Below, piece by piece: positions 35,145 to 48,000 of a stretch of DNA of 64,000 nucleotides (within the stretch, counting starts at the first letter, position 1; every line of letters begins with the position of its first letter). The position numbers were made by a program, and so were the translations under genes. The notes beneath the pieces were generated by a model. It searched no databases. It was not told where the DNA came from and saw only the letters and a program-made list of their open reading frames with translations. The stretch is from Azolla caroliniana (taxonomy: Eukaryota; Plantae; Polypodiophyta), in the NCBI GenBank assembly GCA_043228905.1, contig JBHGNT010000018.1, forward strand, positions 16,554,001 through 16,618,000. Direction: 5' to 3'.

Positions 35145-35958
35145 ATGTTTGTCCAAGATGGATTAGTTTATGCAGGTAGGGTTTTACCCTCATCGAAGAT
35201 GAGAGTAATGTTGCTCATGAGTAGTCTCCCCCCTTTGTGGGAAACTTTCATTACTACTGTGTACAATGCGTTGACTATTGCTGTCAAATACTCCTCAATC
35301 ACGAGTGCAATGTTGACTGAAGTAGCTCGGAGGAAATCATTTGCAAAAGACTCGATAGATGAAGCCTATGTAGTACAAGGTTCGACCGATCGATCGAACA
35401 GTCGAGGAAGAAGTTCCTCTCGACAGCCGAACAACCAACGAAATCGGAGCAAATCCCAGGATAATCGAGTCTACAATTATTGCAAGACACCTAGACACAT
35501 CAAAGCCAATTGCCGCACACTCAAAGACAAAAACGACAAAGCTCAACGAGCGGATCAGAAGAGTTTCTGGCATGAGGAGGTTAATTACGTCGACTCTTCA
35601 GTTGAAGTACTGCTGAGCGACCCGAACATACTATCCATTGAGAACCCAGTTGAATCAGAAGTTCTGCTTACGACTGAGGGATTGAGCACATGGTTCTTGG
35701 ATTCGGGCGCTTTATATCATGTGACCCCTCATCGATCCCAATTTCAGCAATAGTTGGTCCGACATTCCGACTCAGTTCAATTCGGAAATTTGCAGCACTG
35801 CACCATAATTGGGATCGACACTGTAGAGCTTAACCTTTGGAGTGGCTCTACATTAGTACTACACAATGTCTGACATGTACATGAGATCTGAAGACCTTTG
35901 ATCTCAGTCAGACAATTGGATGAAGACGACATTTGTGTCGGCTTCTCGTCGGGAGGGT

Positions 35959-38900
35959 TGTTGTTCGCCGGAATAGTAACCGACGAACAAGAGCGCATAA
36001 ATATAGAATATAGTAATATTGTAACGCATGTAAACAGTTCACGCGGGAAGCGTGAACGGCTAAAAGACCCTGCGTATATAAAGGGTAGAAATCCTCTGAT
36101 AGAGGTAGCGTATAATTTTGAATGTAAAAGGCATATCTGAATAGAGTTCTATCTTCTTTGATCTCTGTGCGCATCCATGGTTAATCTATTGTGTGTCTGT
36201 GATTCTTGGTGGCATAGCATAGTCGTAAGAGCGTAGGCGTGAGTAATAGTGTGGTTGCTAGTCCAATGTCTAAGGAGCTCAGTTGTATCCGTCTCCCTTA
36301 TACGCTACTAGGTTATGGGAAGTATCCCACTAAGTATTACGCTACGACGTGACCATTCGTTGCAACACAGTCACCTTGAGGTCTAGGTCGAAGGACTGAT
36401 TGTAGACCGTGTTCCTATCGATAACATGTTTGGCACGCTTGGTGACCTGTGTCTCCTCACAGACGAACATCGACGAATGGATGTTTAGCCGCAGACGACC
36501 CAAACAACCAACACGACATGACCGACCAATCACATGGTCCATCACATGCCAGGCAGAGGAGCGCGCATGGTGGAAACCCTGCCTCAGCGACCTCAGTGAT
36601 ACCTGTCGGGACCACAAAGATGATTTCTCGCTCCCCAAATACCTCGGCGACACGCAGTAAGCGTGCTCACCATAAAAAGCATTGTGGTCTTTCCCTACCC
36701 GCCGTAGCATCCAACATGGCCTTTTCTTATCCCCGCTTCAACGGCGAAACTGACGCCGCAACCCACATTCGACTGTTCCTAAATGTCTGGAATGCAAACC
36801 ACATGGCGCAGAGCCTTTCCGAAACCCTAGTGCACCAGTTCAAAATGACGGAGTTTGGATTAACCTTGGATGGGAGAGCGGCGTTTTTGCATTCGCAGAT
36901 GGATCTGCCAGCAATCATGAACTTCGACCAGCTGCAGTCAGCCTTTCTGCGTTTTTTTCATTGGAGGGTGCTACAACGCGAAATCCTCGAGAAGTTTTAC
37001 ACAATTAAACAGTTGCCGGCCGAGACGGTAGCAGATTTCAGTTTACGCTTCCAAAATCTACGGCGGAAATTAGAACGGGGCCCGACGGAGGATGAGGCTA
37101 GGGAGACATTTTTGGCAGCATTACGACGATCCATACAAACAACGCTCAACAACAATAGCGTGAAAGGGGAAACGACCGATATGGTCATAGAACGAGCGCT
37201 ACAGCTCGAGCTGGACGAAGAAGAGGAAAGGTTTTCCATGTCCTCATTACGACAAGCGTTACCTCAGGACAAGGAACAACATTTTCGCCAGGTGATCCAG
37301 TGCATGATTTGCTTAAATTCGGGGCATTCCGCAGTTGAATGCAACATGCGAATCCACTGCCCAATCTGTCACTCGAAAGCTCACACAATTGAGCAGTGCG
37401 AGTACATTATGTTGAACAGATCCACACGCACAGTACGCAACGTGGAAACACAATGTCCCCCTCGCTGTAATGAGCAAAGGCGGCAAGAAGAACGACCTCG
37501 GTATATGGATCGGAACCCACGCGATGACCGACACTACTGGAATCGCCGGAATCACAAGGATTCTGAGGAAGATGAGCCAAAGGATGAAGACTACCGTGGC
37601 AACCATAGAAATACTAAAGGGCGCCGACGCTATGAGAATTACCGTCCGACGAACAAACGTGGAGGCTTCAATGGGCCTCGCGGAAAACATCGTCAGTATC
37701 GGGACCAACGGTAGTACGATGAAAGTTCGGATGATGACCGACACTAGGAACCGCGTTGGGACCAACAACAAACACCGCGTAAGCTCCGACGAACGAATCA
37801 GGATCGGGAGGAGCAAGACACACCTGGGGATCAACACACACCACCAATTGCCGAGAAGGGCGAATCTAGCGTCCATTGTTTTGTTTGCCAACAACCCGGA
37901 CATTATGCCACGCAATGCCCAGTACGCAAAGGCAAGGGGCCTGCCGTCAATACAACAAGTCACGACACGACAACAAACCAAAAATGCTGATTGGGCCGTG
38001 CAAGATGAGATACGTTAGACAGCCCAAGCATGGGTTGAAAAAGCAAACGCGGCAAATACGGAACGCATGCGGAAGGAATCCGCAAACACAGTGGAGCCAT
38101 TGGAGGAAGATGGAATATCTCCGGATCCCATATGGCAAACACTGACAAGCTGTGAGATAACGCTAACCATGGAGAAGTTACTACAACTAGTCCCACGATT
38201 CCACCAGGCCGTGGAGGATCGAATAACGAGCAGACTTGGGGTAAGTGTCGTTGCGAATTTTACGGACATCAGCGCTGGACCAATAGTGGTGGATCACCAC
38301 AATCCGGCTATTAAGTTGATACTACACGGTCAGGAAATCCCAGGATGCGTAATCGACGACGGCTCGGGCGTTAATGTAATTATCGTGAAGACATGTGAAC
38401 AATTGGGAATTTCAGAATGGGAAGCTTGCACGTTTTGGCTTCGCATGGCACATACCCGCTCAGTACAACCATTGGGTTTGATACGCAAGATAGACATTAT
38501 CGTGGGAGGGCATCACTTCGACATATCGGCAGTAGTCCTCGCCCTTGACGCCCCAGGAGCGTATCCTATGCTGCTGGGCAGACCGTGGCTTCGTTCAACG
38601 AATATCAAGCAGAGTGGGCAACATAAGTGTATCAGCTTTCGACGCGGACGCACCAAGGTTCGCGTACCAACAGAGGAAATGGCGGCACAACCCAAGGGCA
38701 TAACACCATTATACACGGAGGATATAAATATGCTGGCTGGGGTGGATGATACAGAATTAGAGGTATACCTAGACGAGCACCCCCGGATCATTCCGCTATT
38801 TGAAATCGACGTCATCGAAATCGTGGTGGAGTATGCCACGCCCGCTACGCTCCACGACGAGGCTTACGAACCAAACCCGGAGTCAATATTAGAACTAAGT

Positions 38901-40611
38901 AGAGCATGTGCAACGTTCGAGAGGGAAATGGAAATTTCACAATGAGTCATTGCCTCAGCCCTGGAAGAAGTAAACATGGGTACGACGTTAGAGCCCTGAT
39001 TCCTCTCCATCGCAAAAGAATTACTGCCGGATCAGAGAGACGCGATGATAGTACTATCAGGAAGTATAAATATGTGTTCGCCTGGTCCCACAAGGACATG
39101 AAGGGGTTAGATCCGAAGTTCTATCAACATAAGATCAATTTAGCGACCGATGCGAAACCGGTCAAGCAACGTCGATACCGTATGAACCCAAACTACGCGG
39201 CCAACGTAAAAGAAGAAATTGACAAACTCCTCAAGGCCGGATTCATATGACCAGTCAAACAAGCTACATGGTTAAGCCCGATGGTGGTCGTACCAAAGAA
39301 AAATGGCAAAATACGTGTATGCGTGGACTACCGGAAATTGAACGCCGTAACCATTACTGACGCATTCCCTTTACCGTTCACTGATAGCGTACTGGACGCT
39401 GTCATAGGGCATGACATGTATAGCTTTTTAGATGGCTTCAGTGGGTGCAACCAAGTACGCATGCACCCCAACGACCAAGAGAAGACGGTGTTTGTCACGA
39501 ACTGGGGAGTCTATGTCGCAGTTGTCATGATGTTCGGGCTAAAGACGATGCTGGCTACATTTCAACGGACAATCACGGAGATTTTTGGGGAATATATTTT
39601 GGCCTTCATGCAAGTTTTTTTTAGACGATTTTGTGGTGTATGGGACAACAACTGACCATTTTATGCATCTGTAGCTTTGCTTGGAGCGTTGCCGAACCAC
39701 ACGCTTAAGCCTGAATCCCGCCAAATGCGCCTTCGGCGTTAACAAGCGGGGCCCTCCTCGGCCACATAGTCAGTAAGGAAGGGATAGCGGTTGATCCGAA
39801 TAAAATCTCCGCGATTACTCATGCGAAAACACCGACAAACGCGAAAGCACTAAGCTGGTTTTTGGGACAAATACGATGGCACAGTCGGATGATACGCTAT
39901 TTCGCGGACTTTGCCACGCCGTTACATGCCGCCATTCATCAGATTCCTTTCCAATGGACAACTACGAAAGAGAAGCCATATGATGCACTAAAGGTAATCC
40001 TAACGCAGGCACTCGTCGTACAACCACTAGTTTGGGCGAAGCCATTCCACGTGTTCGTAGATGCGTCGGACATAGCAATAGGTAGTGCACTAATGTAGCT
40101 CATGGAGTCGAATTGGTACCGGCCAGTGTACTACGTTAGGCGGAAATTGTCAACGGCTGAGCGTAACTATTCCACAACGGAACGTGAGGCATTGGGTATG
40201 ATATACAACATCAATAAGTTCTGGCATTATTTGTTAGGGAAGAAATTCATGTTTCACGTGGATCATTCGGCACTGCTATATTTGGTAGGGAAACAAGCGT
40301 TGACGGGGAAATTGGCTAGATGGTTGCTGCTGCTTCAAGAATTCAACTTTGTAATTCAGCACCGCTCGGGTACGCAACACGTAGTGGCAGATTTCTTGAG
40401 CAGACTAGATAATGGAGAAACGACGCAGAAGGATGACGACGACTTTCTGGATGCAGACATTCCGCGGGTAGCAACTCTAGCAAAACGTACGGAAAAGAAT
40501 TTTCCGGATCGGTGGCTGATGGAAATGACCTACTTCCTGACCACGGGGTTACCACCACCCCAATTACGGATGGATGAGAAAAAACGGCTGGACGTGCGGA
40601 GTCGACATTTC
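35959..40611 (+). mobile_element. Ty3/gypsy (non-chromovirus, Athila/Tat-like) element, 3'-truncated
   Basis: Candidate LTR 35959-36367 (TGTTG...CAACA). Gag from 36716 with CCHC knuckles; protease IDDGSG; RT (CVDYRKLN, DAFPLPF, YSFLDGFSG); RNase H (VDASDIAIG, ERNYSTTEREALG, HVDHSAL). Stops and frameshifts present; integrase and 3' LTR missing. Confidence 0.88.
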
Positions 40612-41128
40612 TATATATCTCCGAGTAGGCCTCTAGGACTTCAAATACCTCAGGAATTATGGACCGGCAATAAGCTCAATTACGACAAACTGAGGATTTT
40701 CGGGTGCAAGGTGTACGCCCTCATACCGAAAGACGATCGCCACAAACTTGCACCAAGATCCAAGAAATGTATCTTCCTCGGTTATGGACCAGATGGCGAG
40801 ATCGGCTACTGACTCTGGGACCCCGAGCACAAAAAGATCGTCTGAAGTTCGGACATAGTGCTCAATGGGTCGGCTATGCATAAGATGACTGAAAGGCTTA
40901 TTGAAGTTTGAAGGGTAACTTTTTCCGAAGTGCCGAACCATAACACGAGATCGGCTTAATGGGTGGCCGAATCCTCAAGCCCTGATTAGACAACGCTTGA
41001 CTCGGAACAACCGAATGGGTCAACTCTGGACCATCCGTACTTGATACCCGATGCAGCTGGTCTAGTCATACCTCGAAGATCCAAGTGACTGTCACAACCC
41101 TTGGAGAGGTACTCTCTTGGCATCTTCT

Positions 41129-41417
41129 TGTTGGGAATATGTCCCTCCAGTGGGAGGAGGAACCGACTGTCCAGAAGTTGCTGACAGTCGATGACTACAA
41201 GGAGCCGACTGATCGGACCAAGGAGTGCCGATAGTCGAAGACAGGGAAGATCTGACTGTTCCGAAAGCCGATAGTCGAAGAGTCGAAAACAGTGAGTTGA
41301 CTGTTTGATAGTTCGACTATTATTATTATAGCAATAATAATAATGATACGTAGTAGAGGCTACATTTGTAAATAGCCCATATAGTGTAATATGAGTATAA
41401 ATACACTTAGGGCAACC
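41129..41417 (+). repeat. Truncated copia-type LTR related to the Tork-like LTRs at 44-50 kb
   Basis: Starts TGTTGGGAATATGTCCCTCC and ends TTTGTAAATAGCC...TATAAATACACTTAGGGCAA; both blocks are shared with the LTRs at 44110 and 49883. Confidence 0.7.
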
Positions 41418-42026
41418 GAATGGCTCGACTCGGAACAACCGAATGGCTCAGCTCTGGACCATCTGAACTCCATACCCGATGCGACTAGTCTAGCCATACC
41501 TCGAAGATCTAAGCGACTATCGCAGCCCCTGGAGAGGAACTCTCCTGGCATCTTCTTTATGGATGCCGGTGACCCGACATCATACGAAGAAAGGATTAAC
41601 ATCAACCAATTCGACCACATGACATTTGGCGATGGAACTTTGGAAATGAACTCCATTCGGGCAAACAAAATGTGGGACCTTGTCGAATTACTGAAAATTT
41701 GACGTGCTCTTCCATTTTCGTGAAGATTTCCGGCTATAGTGTGAAACCAGGGTGGAATGGTCAAGTCGGTGGTGTGCAACATGTGCACATGTATAGTAGG
41801 AAACAGTGTATAGAATAAGGGGGACTATTTATCCCACATTGTAACGCCCTCCCCTCCTTGGTCTATAAAAGGAGGGAGGGGTCTCTTGTGAAAGGGTTGC
41901 CCATTTTGTGTCATAAGGGTTATACCATTTTGGTCGAGGGTCATTTTGTTAAGATTTTTTTTTCTAGGGTTAGTAACTTCTTGGTAGTCTTCTTCTTCTT
42001 CTTCTTCTTGACAGGTTGGGCGCCGC

Positions 42027-42765
42027 TGTCGTGAAGATTTTCGTCCATAGAGGGAAAACCGAACGGAGTGAGGAAAACCGGGGTGTGCAACGTTGCACAC
42101 GCACATGATGTATTTGTAAAATATTAATAAGAACAAATGTAAATTGTAAGAAATGCACCACAAGATTCCTAAAGTGTAAATGTGATGTGCACTTATGTGC
42201 ACATCCACATGAGAAAGAGAGAGGTACATAGGAGTACGAGGTGAGTAATGGGCATAGTAATATGTGTGAGGAGTGGGAGTTAAGGCCCCATCAATCCCTC
42301 CTCCTAGAATCTAAGCAAATATGCCCCATTGAATGAAGGAGATATTTAGTCTCTCCCTTTTGTAACAACTTTCTCTCCTTATGCTATAAAAGGAGAGGAA
42401 GAGGCACCATTGAGGGGTTGCCTATTTTTAGTGAGAAGAGGTATACCACTTAGGTCGAGGGTTACTATTCGGTTTAGGGTTTCTTCTAGGGTTTCTTCTA
42501 GGGTTTCTTCATCTCTTTCATTACTTATCCAATTAGGGTTTACATTCTACTTATGTTTTGAGTCCGGCCCACGCAGCCGCATTTGTAATCGCATTGCGGC
42601 TTTCATGCCCATAATATACATAACTTCATAAATCTTGTCTCTTTCTACTTTCTCTATCGTGTTAATCTCTTCCACTTTGCTCATACCCGTCTTCCCATCT
42701 ACTCCCTAGTCCAAGACCCCCGTGGTCCCGCCTTATTCCACACGCATGCGCGAAACTTCGTGACA
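42027..42765 (+). mobile_element. Solo LTR nested in the 5' LTR of gag-only copy 1
   Basis: TGTCGTGAAG...CTTCGTGACA with flanks CCGC/CTGC. It is absent at the homologous position of the 3' LTR (~57010). Confidence 0.8.
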
Positions 42766-43131
42766 CTGCAGTCGTGGTGGCAAAGCTCTGCTAGGGTTAA
42801 GTTCTTCTTCTTCTTCTTCTGAGTGTAGCTTGGCTCGAAGCCGGGGTTGTATCTTCCCCTTAATTCATATATATTCATGTCTGTTTGTGCATAATGGTGT
42901 CTCTGATGGTGTCGGGTGGTTAGCTCCCCTCAGTTTCCTGTACATAAGAGTTGGTGTTGCGCCCGTGCTCTCTCTCTTGTGTTCGGTTGCCCCTGGTATG
43001 TGTCCGGAGTTGGTTTCCTAGCATCCCTTTCTTCCTCGTCTAAGACCCCCGTGGTCCCACCCTTTTCGACACGCACTCGCGGACTACCGCAACATATTTG
43101 GTGAACCCGACGTGAAAGGCGGCAAGGGAGA

Positions 43132-43857
43132 ATGGAGTTGGAAGAAGACGACTTCACACAACTTTTTGTCGAAGCGGCGAGGGAGTTTGGACGAGCAACA
43201 ACAAGAAGAGAGATGGCGCAAGAGGCTATTGAGCAAGTGGTCGAAAGAGTCGGCCGTTTCAATGGGAACAAAGTCCCATTCTACTTGGAAGCCTACAACG
43301 CAGAAATGGAGGAGCGAGACGTAGACGAGGCGTTGAGGCTGGAGTTCTTCTGTCGGGTCGTCGCCATCCGTATGGACGTGGAAGTGAAGGAGCTCCGAGA
43401 AGCTCATAGTTCGTGGGAGGCCTTCGAAGAGGTGCTCCTGCAGGCATATGGAGGACGGGGGAAGAGCTGGGGACGACGCGACTTCGACCAATGGGTGGCA
43501 TCGGCGAAGACCCACCGGGGCACAATGAAGGTGTTCCGAGAGTTAGAGCGACGGCTTGCTCGGCTCCGGGAGCGGGAGCAAAGTTTGGTGGGGCCGGACA
43601 AAGTCCTGTTGTTTGTTAGGTTGATCGACCGAGCAGAACTGGAGGCCATCGAGATTGAGCTCGAAGACGATGACGGAGCGAATGGCCTTACGGAGGACTG
43701 GTCGAAAGTTGGAAGGGTATACCACCGGCTAGATGACAAGCGAGCCGATAGAGCTAGGTGGAAGGCGTGTGACGGCGCGCCATCACAGCGGGAAGAGGGC
43801 GAGTGGCAAAGAGAGTCAGCAAGGATCGGCTTTGGGGCCAGGATTACGGTGGCGTAA
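43132..43857 (+). CDS. Retrotransposon Gag-like protein (241 aa, premature stop relative to copy 2)
   Basis: RFNGNKVPFYLEAYNAEM...SWEAFEEVLLQAY capsid-like motifs, starting just after the PBS; clearly homologous to 54739-55797. Confidence 0.7.
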   Translation: MELEEDDFTQLFVEAAREFGRATTRREMAQEAIEQVVERVGRFNGNKVPFYLEAYNAEMEERDVDEALRLEFFCRVVAIRMDVEVKELREAHSSWEAFEEVLLQAYGGRGKSWGRRDFDQWVASAKTHRGTMKVFRELERRLARLREREQSLVGPDKVLLFVRLIDRAELEAIEIELEDDDGANGLTEDWSKVGRVYHRLDDKRADRARWKACDGAPSQREEGEWQRESARIGFGARITVA

Positions 43858-44740
43858 GCAACTCTCGAGGCAATGCTCGAGAAAGAGGAAAGATCGAGGC
43901 CACAAGTTGACATCGAGGAGATAGATTGGCCCCACGAGATGGTAGAAGATCGGTACGACGGTGCCATGGGAGAGGGTGCGGAGCAAGCAACCCTCTCGAC
44001 TTGCGGAGAAAGACCGGCCAAGGAGGAGGTCGGAAGCGGAGAAGAGCCCTCCACGCGGATTCCGGAGACTCCGACGATTGAGCCCGTTTGCTGACACGGG
44101 ACCCGACAATGTTGGGAGAAAGGTCCCTCCTGATGGGAAGAGAGAAGAACAGTGCTGATGAACAAACTCAGACCTGGCTATGGAGAGCCGGATGAGGAGT
44201 ACCCGGCTACGGAGAGCCGGATGACGCAGACCCGGTGAGGAATGCCGAAACCAGATGAAGAGACTGTCGAAATTCCGTGCTCGGCCACAACCGAGGAACT
44301 AGATCGATTCACAGAAAACGGGAAATACAACAATGCACGAAAACAATAGAGAGAAGGGTACACTGGATGTTTTACGTGGAAAACCCTAAATGGGAAAAAC
44401 CACGGGAGTGCAAGACTCCAACTATCACTATACGCGGGAATGTACAATGGCGAGCTGCAAGGCGACGACCTTGAGCTCACTGTCCTCGCCACAGGCGGCG
44501 GTATTACACAGAGGCGTCGACCTCTTCCTTCCTCTTTCTCTCTCACTCTCTCTTGGCTGCTCTCACTTCGCTCCCTCTTAGTGGAAAACAGAAAAATGAG
44601 CAACAACATAAACTGTTTGCCCTAAGTCATATTTATACACATATGACTTTCGGGCTATTTACAAATATAGCCTCAAGGGCTCTTGGCAAACATATTCACA
44701 AATATGTCCCCGCATCCGGATCTCCCTCCGGGTACATTCG

Positions 44741-44955
44741 TCATCCGGCTCCGTAACCGGGGTCTTCAGCATCCGGCTCCGTAGCCGGGGTATTCATCAT
44801 CCGGCTCCGTAGCCGGGGTCTTCATCATCCGGCACCGTAGCCGGGGTCTTCATCATCCGGCTCCGTAGCCGGGGTCTTCATCATCCGGCACCGTAACCGG
44901 GGTCTTCATCATCCGGCTCCGTAGCCGGGGTCTTCATCATCCGGCACCGTAACCG
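44741..44955. repeat. 28-bp tandem array in the LTR U3 (7 units plus a partial; second copy at 49608-49822)
   Basis: Unit TCATCCGGC(T/A)CCGTA(G/A)CCGGGGTCTTCA, with the same arrangement in both LTRs. Confidence 0.95.
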
Positions 44956-45026
44956 CAACCGGGCTTGCCGTCATTCATCTCCGGACATCCCATCCGGAGG
45001 GACCGAAATCCCAACAAACTCCCCCT

Positions 45027-48000
45027 TCACTTCGGCATGGGATGTCTCTCCAATCCGACCCTCTTCCGGCACGCTTCCAGCTTGTCGGGTGTGAGCACTT
45101 TGGTCAGCATATCTGACCCGTTCTCTTCCGTGTGGATCTTCGTCAGCATGAACTCCTGGTCTTCTATCCTTTCCCGGATCCAGTGATATCTTCGCTGGAT
45201 GTGCTTCGTCCGGGAGTGATAGGCCGCGTTCTTCGCAAGGTGGATGGCACTCTGACTGTCGCAGTAGAGTCGGTACTCCTCTTGCCGGATACCGAGCTCT
45301 CTAATGAAGTCCTTCATCCATATTATTTCCTTGCCGGCTTCAACAGCCGCCATGTACTCCGCCTCCGTGGTTGACAACGCAACCGTCTTCTGCAGCCTCG
45401 ACTGCCACGAAACAGCTCCCCCTGCATACGTCATCACATACCCTGATGTGGACCGGCTGGTATCTTCATCAGCCGACATATCCGAATCGGTAAAGCCGTC
45501 GAGTTCGGGCTTACCGGAGCCGAATCGGAGGCACACGTTTGCCGTGCCCTTTAGGTATCGTAGTATCCACTTGACCGCGTTCCAGTGGTCTTTGCCGGGA
45601 TTGCTCATGTACCGGCTCACCACTCCGACTGCGTATCCTATGTCCGGTCTTGTACACACCATTGCGTACATCAAGCTTCTGACGGCAGAGGCATATGGTA
45701 CTTTCATCATGTCCTCCTTCTCAGCCTTTGTCTTGGGGCTCTGCTTGCTGGACAACTTGCAGTTTGCCGGGAGGATTGACCCGACCGGTCTTGCTTCCGA
45801 CATGTTGAACCGGTGAAGCACCTTTGTCACGTACTTCTCCTGTGACAGCCACAACTGCTTCTTCTTCCGGTCCCGGATGATGTGCATCCCTAGTATTTGC
45901 CTCGCCGGACCCAGGTCCTTCATTGAGAAGGTTCGGTGAAGAGCCTTCTTCAGCATCCGTATCTTGACCTGGTCCCGTCCGACGATCAACATGTCGTCCA
46001 CGTATAGGAGGAGTATTAGAAAGTCTCCTCCTTCGAACTTCTTCACAAACACGCAGTGATCGGACTGCGTTTTGTGGTACCCTTCGTCGGTCATGAAGGA
46101 GTCGAACTTCCGGTACCATTGCCGGGGAGCCTGCTTCAGTCCGTAAAGGCTCTTCTTCAACCGGCATACCAGGTGCTCCTTCCCTTTCTTCTCGAATCCT
46201 TCCGGTTGCTGCATGTAGATCTCTTCTTCGAGGTCACCGTGAAGGAATGCCGTCTTCACGTCCATCTGTTCTACCTCGAGGTCCATGCTTGCCGCTATGC
46301 TCAGCACCGTCCGGATGGAGGTCATCTTCACTACCGGGGCAAATATCTCGTCGAAGTCGACGCCCTTCTTCTGCTGAAACCCCTTCACCACGATCCTGGC
46401 TTTGTATCTCGGGGGGTTTCCGGCATCTCCCGGTTTCAGCTTGAACACCCACTTGTTTCGAAGTGCCCGCTTTCCTTTCGGCAACTCCACAAGTTCATAT
46501 GTGTGGTTCTCATGCAGGGAATCCATCTCGTCCTGCATGGCACTCAACCACCTGCGGCTCTGGGTGTCATGCTTTGCTTCTTCAAAGCTCTCCGGCTCCC
46601 CCTCGTCGGTTAGCAGCACGTGCTCTGGTTCCGGAAATCTCCGGGGGGCCCTTCTCTCTCTTAGAGGATATCTCCGTTCCGGAGCTTCGGTAACCGGTTC
46701 TTCCGATTCTTCTTCATCCGAATCCATTTCGGGATCGGGGCCGGTTCCGGTATCATTTTCATCTTCTTCGGCCGGTTCTGTTTCTTCACCGTCTTCGGCC
46801 GGATCCTCGAGAGCTAACCGGTCCCTTGCCGGTCGGGACTGCTCCTCGTAGAGTTGATCCTCACCGGTCGACTTGGAGCTCTTCATCTTCTTCTCCGACT
46901 CCCAGTCGGCGAGTGTCTTGTTCTCCATGAAGATGATATCTCGACTCCTGAATATCTTCTTGTCGACCGGGTCCCATACTCGGTAGCCGAACTCGTCGTC
47001 GCCGTAACCGAGGAATATGCATGGCCGGGTCTTTGGATCTAGCTTTCCTCTCCGGTCCTTTGCCACATGCACGTATGCGAGACACCCAAACACCTTCAGA
47101 TGCCGGTAGGACACTTCCTTACTGGTCCACACTTTCTGCGGCGTGTCTCCGTCCAAAGGTACTGAGGGTGATCTATTTATCACATACGTCGCCGTCGACA
47201 TTGCCTCAGCCCAAAACCCCTTGGGTAATTTCGCATGCGCCAGCATACTCCGGACCCTCTCCATTATGGTCCGGTTCATCCTCTCGGCCAGCCCGTTCAG
47301 TTCCGGCGTCTTCGGCACAGTAAACTCGAGCCGGATCCCCTTCGAGCGACAGTACTCCTGGAACTGCCCCCGGTATTCCCCTCCGTTATCCGCTCGTATC
47401 GCTTTCAGCTTCTTGCCGGATTCTCTTTCCACTCTCGCGTGGAGTTCTTTGAAGACGGACAACACTTGGTCCTTTGTCTTCATCGGTGCCGTCCACAATC
47501 TTCGGCTATGATCATCTATGAATGTTACGAAGTACTGGGCTCCGCCATGTGACTTCGTTTCTACCTGACACACATCGGTGTGCACCAGCTCCAATGGTGC
47601 GCTACGTCTCGTCGGTGGCCTTGAGTGGAAGGAGGTTCGGTTCTGCTTACCGGCCAGGCAATCGGTGCACTTTTCCAGGTGCACATGCTTCACTGGGATA
47701 AGGTTGTCTTCTGCAAGCCTCTTCATCCCCTTCTCACTCATGTGGCACAGTCTTTTGTGCCACAGCTCACCGGCAGTGTCGGCTGCCACATTCAGCTCTT
47801 CCGGACATAGCCGGGAGTTCATCAGGTACAGTGTGTTGACCTTCCGGGCCCGAGCCACTATCAGGCTCCCCTTGCTGAACTTCATGACACCGTTCCGGAT
47901 GCTACCCGTGTAGCCTTCATCATCTAGCCTCCCGGCCGAGATCAGGTTCAATCGGACTTCCGGAACGTGTCGCACATCCTTCAGCAGCATCTTGCATCCG

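Noticed and set aside
44741-44955. 28-bp repeats as CRISPR-like repeats
   Set aside because: Head-to-tail with no spacers, and duplicated as part of both LTRs.
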